Below are positions 8,565 to 16,348 of a DNA stretch of 64,000 nucleotides, in pieces. Positions within the stretch are counted from its first letter, which is position 1. Each line of letters opens with the position of its first letter. This DNA comes from an uncultured delta proteobacterium (GTDB lineage: Bacteria > Myxococcota_A > Polyangia > Fen-1088). Location of the stretch: positions 1,184,001 through 1,248,000 of the forward strand of contig CAVTRY010000011.1 of NCBI GenBank assembly GCA_963737265.1, in the 5' to 3' direction. The notes beneath the pieces are model-generated. The model searched no databases. It was not told where the DNA came from and saw only the letters and a program-made list of their open reading frames with translations. The position numbers and the translations under genes are program-made.

Positions 8565-9063
8565 ATGGTACTGCGGCAGACGCTCATGTAAAGTTTATTT
8601 CTTGACGGCACCTTAACGGCAATCGTTCGACAATCGGGACCGCGACTTGGGGCGTTTGGAGTTCTGGCGGCGAAGGCCATTGCTGCTCGGTCGCAATTCG
8701 GCCTTCGCCCGACAACGATCTTCTCGGTTGGGGCGGTGGCCTCCAGGATTCTGGGCCGACTGTGAAGGGCATTGATCGCCGGAATTGCCCCGAAGGAGCT
8801 GCGACTCCGCCGCTGCAATCGGGGCTGTGCAGGCCACACGTTGGCGCCGACCGGCGTAGATTCGGCGCCGACATCACCACTCGGGCGACTGATCTCACGG
8901 TCGTGCTTCCGCGGGAACGCAGTGGCCGGCGTGCTGACGCCGAATATGGGCGACCATCGCAGGTTTTCGACAAGCGCGTTCTGCGTCCCCGCGGAAATCA
9001 TCTCGGCTTGTGGATGCGTCTCTGCCGCGATGGCCGGCCGAAGTTTGAAGGGGCGGTCCCGTT

Positions 9064-9226
9064 GTCGAACAAGCCGATGACGACGAAGGCCGTCAGCTCT
9101 CGGTCGGAGTCCAACTAGCCGGGGCCGCGCGGCTCAACAGATCAACGGTGGGCGCCGCGCGGCCCCGGCAGTGCTACTATCGAGCCGCCGGGACGGCCCT
9201 CGCCGCTTATCGGCAGATCGTTGGAC
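9064..9226 (+). other. attC site 6 (unusually long)
   Basis: GTCGAAC-AAGCCGATGA...TTATCGGCAGATC-GTTGGAC with an internal GCCGGGGCCGCGCGGC/GCCGCGCGGCCCCGGC stem. Confidence 0.75.
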
Positions 9227-9665
9227 GGACCGATCATCGGTGATTGAGAAATGAACCTCAGCACTTGCCAAAATCCCATTCACTGCTCCTCTGCGCTCTA
9301 CTTTCAGGATGCGGCACGGGCGGCGCATCCAAGAGCAGTGCCGCTCGCAGCTTCTCGGTGGACCCCAGCAGCAGATATTGGCGCGCTGGCGCGCCAATTG
9401 GGTCTCTGTAGACGGCGGACGACTTCCGTCGTGATCTGACGGTCGACAGCGTTACCGCTTCTTGCGTTGGGCCGAACGGAATCCCGGGAGGGCTCGTGAT
9501 CGTGGTCGAACGGGTGCGTCCCGCGCCTCGAGTCAGCGGTGATGTGCAGCTCGCAGCAGCAGCGCCTTGGACGGATGCGTGTCACTTTGGGCTTGCACCT
9601 CCGCTACTAAGCGTTACTATGTACCTGTAGTCAGTGACGTTAAGTAGATCATCAAGGAGCTGTTC

Positions 9666-9995
9666 GTGGGCAAGCAAATAACGGAAATGCTTAAGGGAAT
9701 CCTAGAGGGCATCGTCCTCGCGATCCTGTCTGTGCGGCCCGCGTACGGCTACGAGATCACGGCGCGGCTTCGAGCGCAGGGCTTCTCCGACATCGCCGAG
9801 GGCACCGTCTACGCCCTGCTCGTCAGGATGGAGCAGCGCGACCTCGTCGACGTGGAGAAGGTCCTGTCCGAGAAGGGACCGCCGCGGAAGGTGTACTCGC
9901 TCAACGCTCGGGGGCGGGAATACCTCGAAGAGTTCTGGAGAACCTGGAGCTTCCTCGCTGAACGCCTGGAACAGCTCCATGAAGGAGGCAGATGA
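9666..9995 (+). CDS. PadR-family transcriptional regulator
   Basis: EMLKGILEGIVLAIL...YGYEI...EGTVYALLVR...GPPRKVYSL. Confidence 0.92.
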   Translation: MGKQITEMLKGILEGIVLAILSVRPAYGYEITARLRAQGFSDIAEGTVYALLVRMEQRDLVDVEKVLSEKGPPRKVYSLNARGREYLEEFWRTWSFLAERLEQLHEGGR

Positions 9996-9996
9996 C

Positions 9997-10392
9997 ATGT
10001 TCATTTCAAAGTTCATAGCGAAGGTGATTGGCGAGAAGGGGCAATGGCGGCAGTACAAAGCGCGCGCAAGACAACTTCCCGCGAGCTATCGCACGGCAGT
10101 TGAGGCGCTGGAGCGGTACCTGATGTACCTCGGGGGCGGGGATGACGGGACTGCGATTTTCGCGGACCTCGTCGACCTGTTCGAACAGAGCGCGGCGAAC
10201 CGGACCCCGATCCGCCAGATCGTCGGGGAAGACCCCGTCGAGTTCATCGAGACGTTTGTCCGAAACTACCCGAACGGTCAGTGGATCACCAGGGAGCGAG
10301 AACGGCTGACCAACGCCATCCAGCGCGCCGCCGAAGAAGAAGCGAGAGAAGCGAGCTCAAATCCTCTGGAAAAGAAAGGCGGGGAAAAATGA
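9997..10392 (+). CDS. DUF1048-family protein
   Basis: EKGQWRQYKARARQLPASYR...DLVDLFEQSAA...IVGEDPVEF; the usual PadR neighbour. Confidence 0.85.
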   Translation: MFISKFIAKVIGEKGQWRQYKARARQLPASYRTAVEALERYLMYLGGGDDGTAIFADLVDLFEQSAANRTPIRQIVGEDPVEFIETFVRNYPNGQWITRERERLTNAIQRAAEEEAREASSNPLEKKGGEK

Positions 10393-11633
10393 TTCGGACG
10401 ACGAGCGAAACACTCTTGCGGGGACACGTCGAGGACGGCTGGGGGAAGGTGGCCGATGTCTTCCGGGCGAACTTCGAAGGGAGCCCCGGAGAGGTCGGCG
10501 CGGCGTGCTGCGTCTACGTGGACGGCCGCCCCGTCGTCGACTTGTGGGGCGGCCTCGCCGACCGAGACACGAACCGGCCGTGGGACAGGGACACCATCGT
10601 TGCCGTCGCATCCACGACCAAAGGCGCCGCCGCGATCTGCGCGCATCTGCTGGTCCAGCGAGGCAAGCTGGATCTGGACGAACCGGTGGTCAGGTACTGG
10701 CCGGAGTTCGGCGCTGCCGGCAAGGAGCAGATTCCGGTGCGCTGGCTGCTCTCACACCAGGCCGGCCTGCCGATCGTCGACGGACCGCTGACCTTCGAGG
10801 AGGCCTGCGCTTGGCATCCGGTAATCCGGGCGCTCGAGGCGCAGAAGCCGTTGTGGCAGCCGGGCACCGAGCACGTCTACCACAGCATGACCTTCGGGTT
10901 CCTGGTCGGAGAGCTGGTACGGCGGATCACCGGCAAGTCGCTCGGCACGTTCTTCGCCGAGGAGATCGCCGCTCCGCTTGGGCTGAGCGCCTGGATCGGG
11001 CTGCCCGAGGAGCAAGAGGGACGGGTGGCCGGGGTCGCGTACGCCGCTCCGTTCACGATGGAGGAGATGACCGCCGGGATGATCGAGACCACTGGCCTCG
11101 ATAGGGCCACGGTCATCGCCTGGATGAACGCCGTGTGGAGTCCGGACTCCGTGCAAGCCCGCGCCGGCGTGCTCGGCGGCGCTCTCGATCCCGCCAGCGG
11201 TTACATGAACACGCGGGCCTGGCGCGCTGCCGAGTTCCCGGCCGCGAACATGTGGGCGGACGCTCGATCGCTGGCCCGCATGTATGCGGCCACGGTGAGC
11301 GAGGTCGACGGCGTGCGGCTGCTGGAACCAGCCACGGTCGAGAGAATGATCGTCGTCCAGACCGACAAGACACGGATGAACGGCCTGCCGCCGGGACTCG
11401 ATATTCCGGCCAACCGCTCCTTCTACATGTCGCTCGGGTTCTGGCGGGCATGCCCACCGATGCCCTGGGCCGGGCCGCGCTCGTTCGGCCACCCCGGCTC
11501 CGGCGGATCGGTCGCCTTTGCCGAGCCCGATGCCGGTGTCGGCTTCGGCTACGTGACGAATCTGTGGTCATTCAGGATTGGCGAACCGCGCGCGTCGAAC
11601 CTGGCCGCGGCGGTCGTGGCCTGCCTCGGGTGA
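10389..11633 (+). CDS. Serine hydrolase, beta-lactamase-related (family VIII esterase-like)
   Basis: STTK (SxxK), LLSHQAGL, YHSMTFG and FGHPGSGG. Confidence 0.9.
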   Translation: MIRTTSETLLRGHVEDGWGKVADVFRANFEGSPGEVGAACCVYVDGRPVVDLWGGLADRDTNRPWDRDTIVAVASTTKGAAAICAHLLVQRGKLDLDEPVVRYWPEFGAAGKEQIPVRWLLSHQAGLPIVDGPLTFEEACAWHPVIRALEAQKPLWQPGTEHVYHSMTFGFLVGELVRRITGKSLGTFFAEEIAAPLGLSAWIGLPEEQEGRVAGVAYAAPFTMEEMTAGMIETTGLDRATVIAWMNAVWSPDSVQARAGVLGGALDPASGYMNTRAWRAAEFPAANMWADARSLARMYAATVSEVDGVRLLEPATVERMIVVQTDKTRMNGLPPGLDIPANRSFYMSLGFWRACPPMPWAGPRSFGHPGSGGSVAFAEPDAGVGFGYVTNLWSFRIGEPRASNLAAAVVACLG

Positions 11634-11745
11634 TGTATCACCTCCTCGCGTATGACGGGTCGTCTGAGTTGCTGAAGCTGGTCCACGTCCGGATGCTGGC
11701 CGAGGCAGGCGTCCCGCTGGCCGAGATCGGAGCCCTGCTCAACCG
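11634..11745 (+). pseudogene. MerR-like regulator fragment
   Basis: ELLKLVHVRMLAEAGVPLAEIGALL resembles the MerR helix region; N-terminal HTH absent. Confidence 0.45.
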
Positions 11746-11953
11746 TCATTTTTCGACGGATTCACATTGCGGTCTACACGTCCCCCAGCGATTTGCTCCG
11801 GAGGTGGAGTTTGTGTGGAGCATGACAGGCAACATTGTGTCGGAGGTCCACTCGTGGCTCGGCGGCGGACCGTTCAATGGGGCGGGCCTAGCTAGCGGTT
11901 ACGACGTACTGGATCCGACCGTGCGGATGCAACCTCACGATCTCTTCGCGGCC

Positions 11954-12058
11954 GTCCAACAAGCCGTTGCAGACTGACAATCCCGCCGCCGGGACATCGT
12001 GTAGAATCGAGGCGCCGACTCGGCGGCGGGCTTGCATCTGAACGGCAAGGCGTTCGGC
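11954..12058 (+). other. attC site 7 (long type)
   Basis: GTCCAAC...GTTCGGC; near-identical to attC4. Confidence 0.92.
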
Positions 12059-12108
12059 GGACGTGTCATCGCGGGGACCATACGTCGGCGATGTGCTATT
12101 CTTCCACC

Positions 12109-12309
12109 GTGCTAGCAACGAAGCAAAGGGTGAAGGATCTTCTCGATCGGCTGCCTGATGATTGCAGCCTTGAGGATGTCGTCTACCATCTGTACGTCAT
12201 TCAGAAAGTCGAGGCCGGGCTTGCTGACGTGGATGCCGGCAGGCTGATCCCCCACGATGTTGTCGCTGCGGAGCTTCGTCGTAAGTGGCTGGCGGGAAGC
12301 GAGCAGTAG
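12109..12309 (+). CDS. Putative antitoxin
   Basis: LLDRLPDDCSLEDVVYHLYVIQKVEAGLADVDAGRLIPH; overlaps the RelE/ParE gene. Confidence 0.8.
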   Translation: MLATKQRVKDLLDRLPDDCSLEDVVYHLYVIQKVEAGLADVDAGRLIPHDVVAAELRRKWLAGSEQ

Positions 12310-12596
12310 TTTGGACTCCCGCCGCGCGGGACTGTCTCGACGAGGCATTGCAGTTCATCGCGGCCGATTCACCAGCCGCAGCTGCAAAGGTTCTGGAAGT
12401 CGTGCTTGCCGCTGCGGAATCATTGTCGGTCTTCTCCGAACGCGGTCGCATGGTCCCGGAGATTGGGAGCCGGTCCGTCCGCGAGATCTTCGTCTATCGG
12501 TTTCGGGTTATGTATCAGGTCTCGTCGCGGGAGGTGTGTATTCTCGCGGTCTTGCACGGAGCGATGGACTTCGATCGATGGCTTCGACACACGTAG
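12285..12596 (+). CDS. RelE/ParE-family toxin
   Basis: VVWTPAARDCLDEALQFIAADSPAAA...GRMVPE...VREIFVYRFRVMY...ILAVLHGA. Confidence 0.9.
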   Translation: MAGGKRAVVWTPAARDCLDEALQFIAADSPAAAAKVLEVVLAAAESLSVFSERGRMVPEIGSRSVREIFVYRFRVMYQVSSREVCILAVLHGAMDFDRWLRHT

Positions 12597-12600
12597 CGCC

Positions 12601-12666
12601 GCCGAACAAGCCGTTGCAGTCGACGGTCGCCTTCGGCGCCCACCGCTTAACGGCAAAGCATTGGGC
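12601..12666 (+). other. attC site 8 (R' mutated GTT>ATT)
   Basis: GCCGAAC-AAGCCGTTGCAGTCG...CTTAACGGCAAAGC-ATTGGGC. Confidence 0.8.
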
Positions 12667-12685
12667 GGACCTACTCTCTCGGCGG

Positions 12686-12712
12686 GCTGCTAGTCTAGCG
12701 GCTTGGTTCAAC
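12686..12712. repeat. Second copy of the recombinase-element terminus
   Basis: GCTGCTAGTCTAGCGGCTTGGTTCAAC; shares CTAGCGGCTTGGTTCAAC with 462-479. Confidence 0.8.
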
Positions 12713-12831
12713 ATGCCGTTGCAGCTCTCGTAGGCAGTGCAAGTAAAAAGAACAGGGAGTGATTCGGGTCGTCTGGGCACAGATGGTCGGCCGCGGACGG
12801 CCGCTCGCAGCTTAACGGCAAAGCGTTAGGC
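12706..12831 (+). other. attC site 9
   Basis: GTTCAAC-ATGCCGTTGCAGCT...GCAGCTTAACGGCAAAGC-GTTAGGC. Confidence 0.8.
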
Positions 12832-12849
12832 GTATTCCACGGAGTTCAA

Positions 12850-13182
12850 ATGGTCAGCTGCTATTTGCGATATGTCATTGATCCTCACAAGCTTCCCGAA
12901 TTTGAAGCGTACGCGAAGATGTGGATCCCGTTAGTCGAGCGGTTTGGTGGTCAACACCACGGCTACTTTCTTCCACACGAGGGCCCCAACAACATCGCAA
13001 TAGCACTGTTCAGCTTCCCGAGCTTGGCTGCCTACGAGGACTACAGGCGTAAGGCAGCGACTGATCCAGAGTGCCAGGCAGCCATGTCCTACTACAGGGA
13101 GACACGCTGCTTTCTGAGCTTTGAACGCAGTTTCATGCGCCCGGTGCTCGGGGAAGGAAACGCCCAACAAGTAGGCGTTTGA
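12850..13182 (+). CDS. NIPSNAP-family protein
   Basis: CYLRYVIDPHKLPEFEAYAKMW...HHGYFLPHEG...ALFSFPSLAAYEDYR; RBS GGAG. Confidence 0.9.
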   Translation: MVSCYLRYVIDPHKLPEFEAYAKMWIPLVERFGGQHHGYFLPHEGPNNIAIALFSFPSLAAYEDYRRKAATDPECQAAMSYYRETRCFLSFERSFMRPVLGEGNAQQVGV

Positions 13183-13254
13183 TCCGGCCGCAGCCATAGA
13201 TATTCCCCTGACTGGCTGAATTCGCGCGCGGCCGGATTGAACGTCTGGTTGAGC
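13162..13254 (+). other. attC site 10 (divergent type)
   Basis: GCCCAAC...AGGCGTTTGATCCGGCCGC / GCGGCCGGATTGAACGTCT...GTTGAGC hairpin. Confidence 0.65.
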
Positions 13255-13697
13255 CAAGCCGCGGGTTCGGGAGGAGAAGTGACTCTTCTGCCCATGGGCA
13301 AAGCAGGTCGACTTTTCGAGCAGCGGGGCGATCGGGACGATGCTTTTGCTGGGGTCGGAGGTTGTCGACGGTCGCGAGTGAACCGAGAAAACGAGAATCG
13401 TGCGTGCTCGAAGGCGCGGGAAACCCGTCGCCCACGACGAACGCACAGAGGTTTCCATGGCCGTCGAAATGAAGACGACAGCCTGGTTGCAGGCGACAGC
13501 TCCAAGCGAGAGGACATTCATGACGAGTCGAGCGGCGGGGCGCGCCCAATCTTGCTATGCCAGCGCGCGAATTCGACTGCCTCGGACTTCCAAGGCTTGC
13601 CTCATGACCTCAACCATCCGAACCGCCGGATGCGGACCCGCATGTCCGGTGGTGTGGGAGGGGCGCAGCGGGCAATTCCGCTGCCCCCTATCCCGAT
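13255..13697 (+). ncRNA. Class C group II intron remnant, ORF-less (5' boundary uncertain)
   Basis: Domain V GAACCGCCGGATGCGGACCCGCATGTCCGGTGGTG (CGC triad) and domain VI GGGAGGGG...CCCCCTATCCCGAT at 13620-13697. They are preceded by a residual IEP C-terminus NLAMPAREFDCLGLPRLAS*. Confidence 0.85.
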
Positions 13698-13762
13698 CAA
13701 GGCCTTGCGTCCGACGATCGGCCGCGGACGGCCGCTCGCGGGTGAACGCCAAGGCGTTCGGC
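13698..13762 (+). other. attC site 11, R'' replaced by intron 3' end
   Basis: CAAGGCCTTGCGTCCGACGATCGGCCGCGGACGGCCGCTCGCGGGTGAACGCCAAGGC-GTTCGGC. Confidence 0.75.
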
Positions 13763-13784
13763 GGACATCCGAAGCCACGCGAAT

Positions 13785-13831
13785 CCGGTACAGGCTAGAC
13801 CGGTACAGGCTAGACCGGTACAGGCTAGACC
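13785..13831 (+). repeat. 15-bp tandem repeat x3
   Basis: CCGGTACAGGCTAGA repeated three times exactly. Confidence 0.95.
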
Positions 13832-14830
13832 TGCCGGTGCCAAGCCCGACGTGCTACTATCCCCTTGGCCAGTTTGCGCATGAGCGCGACGGCCGCGCGC
13901 GGGGCGCGGCCACCGTCCCGCTGCCTTTTGCGCTGGTACCAGGCGTTGGCGATGGGGTCGGCCTGAATCCAGCGAAAGACGGCGAGCCACAGAAGCTGGC
14001 GCACGCGAGATGGGCCGCGCTTGGTGATCTTGATTTGGCCCTGCACGGTGCCGCTGCTCTTCTCCTTGAGGTTGAGGCCCATCGCCTTGAGGAAGGCGCG
14101 GGTGCCAGAGAACGACCTTGCATCGCCGACCTCGGCGAAGATCGCGGCGGCGGTGGTGTGGCCGACGACGGGCGCGAGAGCGGCGGCGGGCGTGGTGGCG
14201 GCGAGTTGGTCGACCTTAGTTTTGGCCGCGGCGAAGGCGCGATGTGCTCGATACCCCGTCGGCGATGGCCATCAAAGCGTCGCGTTCAAGGCCGACTAGC
14301 GGGACGCCGACGGATGTCCTGGCCGATGCGATGACGGCGGCGATCTTGTCGTCGGCAATGAGCCTGCGGCTGATACCAAGCAGAAGCTTGGTGGCCTGGT
14401 CCGGGGCAGCGGCGACAGCGGCTGGCCCGCCAATGCGCGCGAGCAGCGCCATGAGCGACGACGAGGTCAACTCGATCAGCGTGGGCAACTCAGGCCAGTG
14501 GCGAGCGAGCCAGCTTTCCAGGCGATGCACGAGCCGCAGATAGCGCTCCTGGTGCAGGTCCAAAATGGCGAGCGCTGCGTGGAGCTGGCGGCGTTCTGGA
14601 ACCTCGTCGGGCAGGCGGGTGGACAGGCCATCGGCGTGCAGCCTGGCGATGATGGCGGCAGCCTTGGCGTCGTGAAGACTGGGTACGCCGTCGAAGATTT
14701 CCTTGGCATCGTGGGTGCGCTTGCCGCTGACCATGAACACGGGGAATGCATACTCTTCGAGCTGGTGGCGAAGCACATCGCCGTAGGTGCCGGAAGGCTC
14801 CATCACGGTTTCGACGGTGATGCCAGCGGC
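13825..14830 (-). pseudogene. IS110-family transposase, truncated and internally deleted
   Basis: MEPSGTYG...SLHDAKAAAIIA (DEDD domain) and GLNLKEKSSG...ITKRGPSRVRQLLW...AVALMRKL (Transposase_20) lie in different frames. Confidence 0.85.
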
Positions 14831-14871
14831 GCGGAACCTGCGCCTTTTTCATCAACTACCTTTAGCTGAAT

Positions 14872-14917
14872 GTCGGCCGCAGACGGCCGCCCGCCGCTGG
14901 ACGGCAAGGCGTTAGCC
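14872..14917 (+). other. attC site 12, right half only
   Basis: GTCGGCCGCAGACGGCCGCCCGCCGCTGGACGGCAAGGC-GTTAGCC matches the right part of attC2. Confidence 0.75.
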
Positions 14918-14964
14918 CGAGCTCGGGAAATCGTCGCAAATAGTATCTCCTGTGATACCATAAG

Positions 14965-15381
14965 ATGGTGCGTGTGGTTCTTGATACTTGCGTGCTTGTC
15001 GCGGCCTGGCGATCCAGCCTGGGCGCTTCATTTGAGATCATGCGGCTTCTCCGACGGAGAAGGTTCGAGATCGCCGTGTCTGTTCCCCTGGTCGTCGAGT
15101 ATGAGTCCGCATTGCTGCGCCACCTTTCCTCGGCCCGCCGGGCGGCCGACGTCGCGTCCTTCGTCGACTACCTGTGTCTCGTCGCGCACAAGCAGGACAT
15201 CTTCTTTCTGTGGCGTCCGTTGCTTCGAGATCCGAACGACGACATGGTGGCAGAGCTTGCGGTCGCGAGTCGTGCCGACGCGATCATCACGCACAACCTG
15301 AAGGATTTCTCTGCCGCGGCCAACCTTGGTATTCGAGTCCTCACGCCAGGTTCCTTTCTGCTTCATCTTTCACGGAGATAG
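14965..15381 (+). CDS. PIN-domain toxin (PIN_3-like)
   Basis: RVVLDTCVLVAA...LRDPNDDMVAELA...IITHNLKDF. Confidence 0.92.
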   Translation: MVRVVLDTCVLVAAWRSSLGASFEIMRLLRRRRFEIAVSVPLVVEYESALLRHLSSARRAADVASFVDYLCLVAHKQDIFFLWRPLLRDPNDDMVAELAVASRADAIITHNLKDFSAAANLGIRVLTPGSFLLHLSRR

Positions 15382-15385
15382 GTAC

Positions 15386-15673
15386 ATGTCCACGCTCAGT
15401 CTCAGACTTCCCGTATCGCTTCATCGCAAGCTGTCCGATCTTGCGGAGAACGAAGGCGTTTCATTGAACCAGTTGATCAGCTCGGCTGCCGCAGAGAAGG
15501 TAGCCGCGTTGATGACCCAAGAGTACCTGTTGAATCGAGCCGGCCGCGCATCGCGGGACAAGTTCGACGCCGTGCTAGCGCGGGTTCCGAAGGTGTCCCC
15601 GGTTGCAGGTGACGAGATTCCCGCTGCGTACTTGAAGCGCCCACGCAGGAAGGGCGGGCTAACAAGCCGCTGA
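15386..15673 (+). CDS. HicB-like/RHH antitoxin
   Basis: MSTLSLRLPVSLHRKLSDLAENEGVSLNQLISSAAAEK. Confidence 0.88.
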   Translation: MSTLSLRLPVSLHRKLSDLAENEGVSLNQLISSAAAEKVAALMTQEYLLNRAGRASRDKFDAVLARVPKVSPVAGDEIPAAYLKRPRRKGGLTSR

Positions 15674-15746
15674 CTGACTAGCATCGTAGGAGCCATACCG
15701 TACCGAAGATGTCGTCTCTTGGCCCCCGCTAACGCTCGCGTTCTGA
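15657..15746 (+). other. attC site 13, degenerate; end of array
   Basis: GGCTAAC-AAGCCGCTG (complementary to the cassette's opening GTTAGCC); right arm poorly conserved. Confidence 0.5.
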
Positions 15747-15760
15747 CAGTGGCGCCATGT

Positions 15761-16345
15761 CTATTCGCCCCGCTTCACGAGAACGCGTTCGATGCGGCGG
15801 TCGGGCACCAACCACACCAAAGCGACGAACAGGAAAAGCCCGTTGGCAAGCCACGGACTTACGAACGCGAGCGGAATCGCCGTCAGGTAGCACAGCGGCG
15901 AGAGTTTTCCTTTCCAGTCGCGCCCGACCGCTGCCGCGAGCAACGAACCTGGCCCCTGCTGCGCGATGATGCTGCGTTGAAGGACGTAATAGGCGATGGC
16001 CGCCATCAGCAGGACGAAACCATAGATGGCGGCGGGCGTGGGCGCGCGGTAGTTCTCGCCCATCCAAGCCGTGGTGAAGGGAAAGAGCGACAACCAGAAC
16101 AGCAGATGCAGGTTCGCCCACAGAATGCCGCCGCTCACGTACCGGGTGGAATGGAGCATATGGTGGTGATTGTTCCAATAAATCCCGACGTAGAGAAAGC
16201 TGAGAACATAGCTCGAAAACACCGGCAAGAGCGGCTTAAGCACCCCCACGTCGCCCCCGCGCGGCACCTTCAATTCCAGCACCATGATGGTGATGATGAT
16301 GGCCAACACGCCATCGCTGAAGGCTTCCAGCCGGTTCTTTTCCAT
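15761..16345 (-). CDS. TMEM175-family (DUF1211) potassium channel
   Basis: RLEAFSDGVLAIIITIMVLEL...YWNNHHH. Confidence 0.92.
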   Translation of the reverse strand: MEKNRLEAFSDGVLAIIITIMVLELKVPRGGDVGVLKPLLPVFSSYVLSFLYVGIYWNNHHHMLHSTRYVSGGILWANLHLLFWLSLFPFTTAWMGENYRAPTPAAIYGFVLLMAAIAYYVLQRSIIAQQGPGSLLAAAVGRDWKGKLSPLCYLTAIPLAFVSPWLANGLFLFVALVWLVPDRRIERVLVKRGE

Positions 16346-16348
16346 GGA

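Larger units (their letters stand above)
7124..8612 (-). mobile_element. ISAzo13-family insertion sequence inserted in attC5
   Basis: Terminal inverted repeats GGCGCCGTCAAGAA / GGTGCCGTCAAGAA and a 3-bp target duplication TTA (7121-7123, 8613-8615). Confidence 0.9.
473..15746 (+). mobile_element. Integron-type gene cassette array (~13 attC sites, several disrupted)
   Basis: Repeated imperfect palindromes GYYSAAC-AAGCCGTTGCAG...TGAACGGCAAGGC-GTTCGGC separate short + strand genes. The R' box opening a cassette is complementary to the R'' box closing it (e.g. GTTGGGC 540/GCCCAAC 1067, GTTGGAC 9220/GTCCAAC 11954, GTTAGCC 14911/GGCTAAC 15657). Confidence 0.93.

Noticed and set aside
10389-11633. 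Antibiotic-resistance beta-lactamase
   Set aside because: No signal peptide, and the motifs (LLSHQAGL, YHS, GHPG) fit family VIII esterase-like hydrolases. Resistance cannot be inferred.
13785-13831. Mini-CRISPR or iteron array
   Set aside because: Three contiguous 15-bp units with no spacers and no nearby rep gene.
13237-14334. 365-aa + strand ORF
   Set aside because: It runs across the intron remnant, attC11, the tandem repeat and the antisense strand of IS110, so it is a chance open frame.
473-15746. CRISPR array interpretation of the recurring AACAAGCCGTTGCAG repeat
   Set aside because: The repeats are 65-160-bp imperfect palindromes separated by whole genes, and no cas genes are present. 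This fits attC sites.
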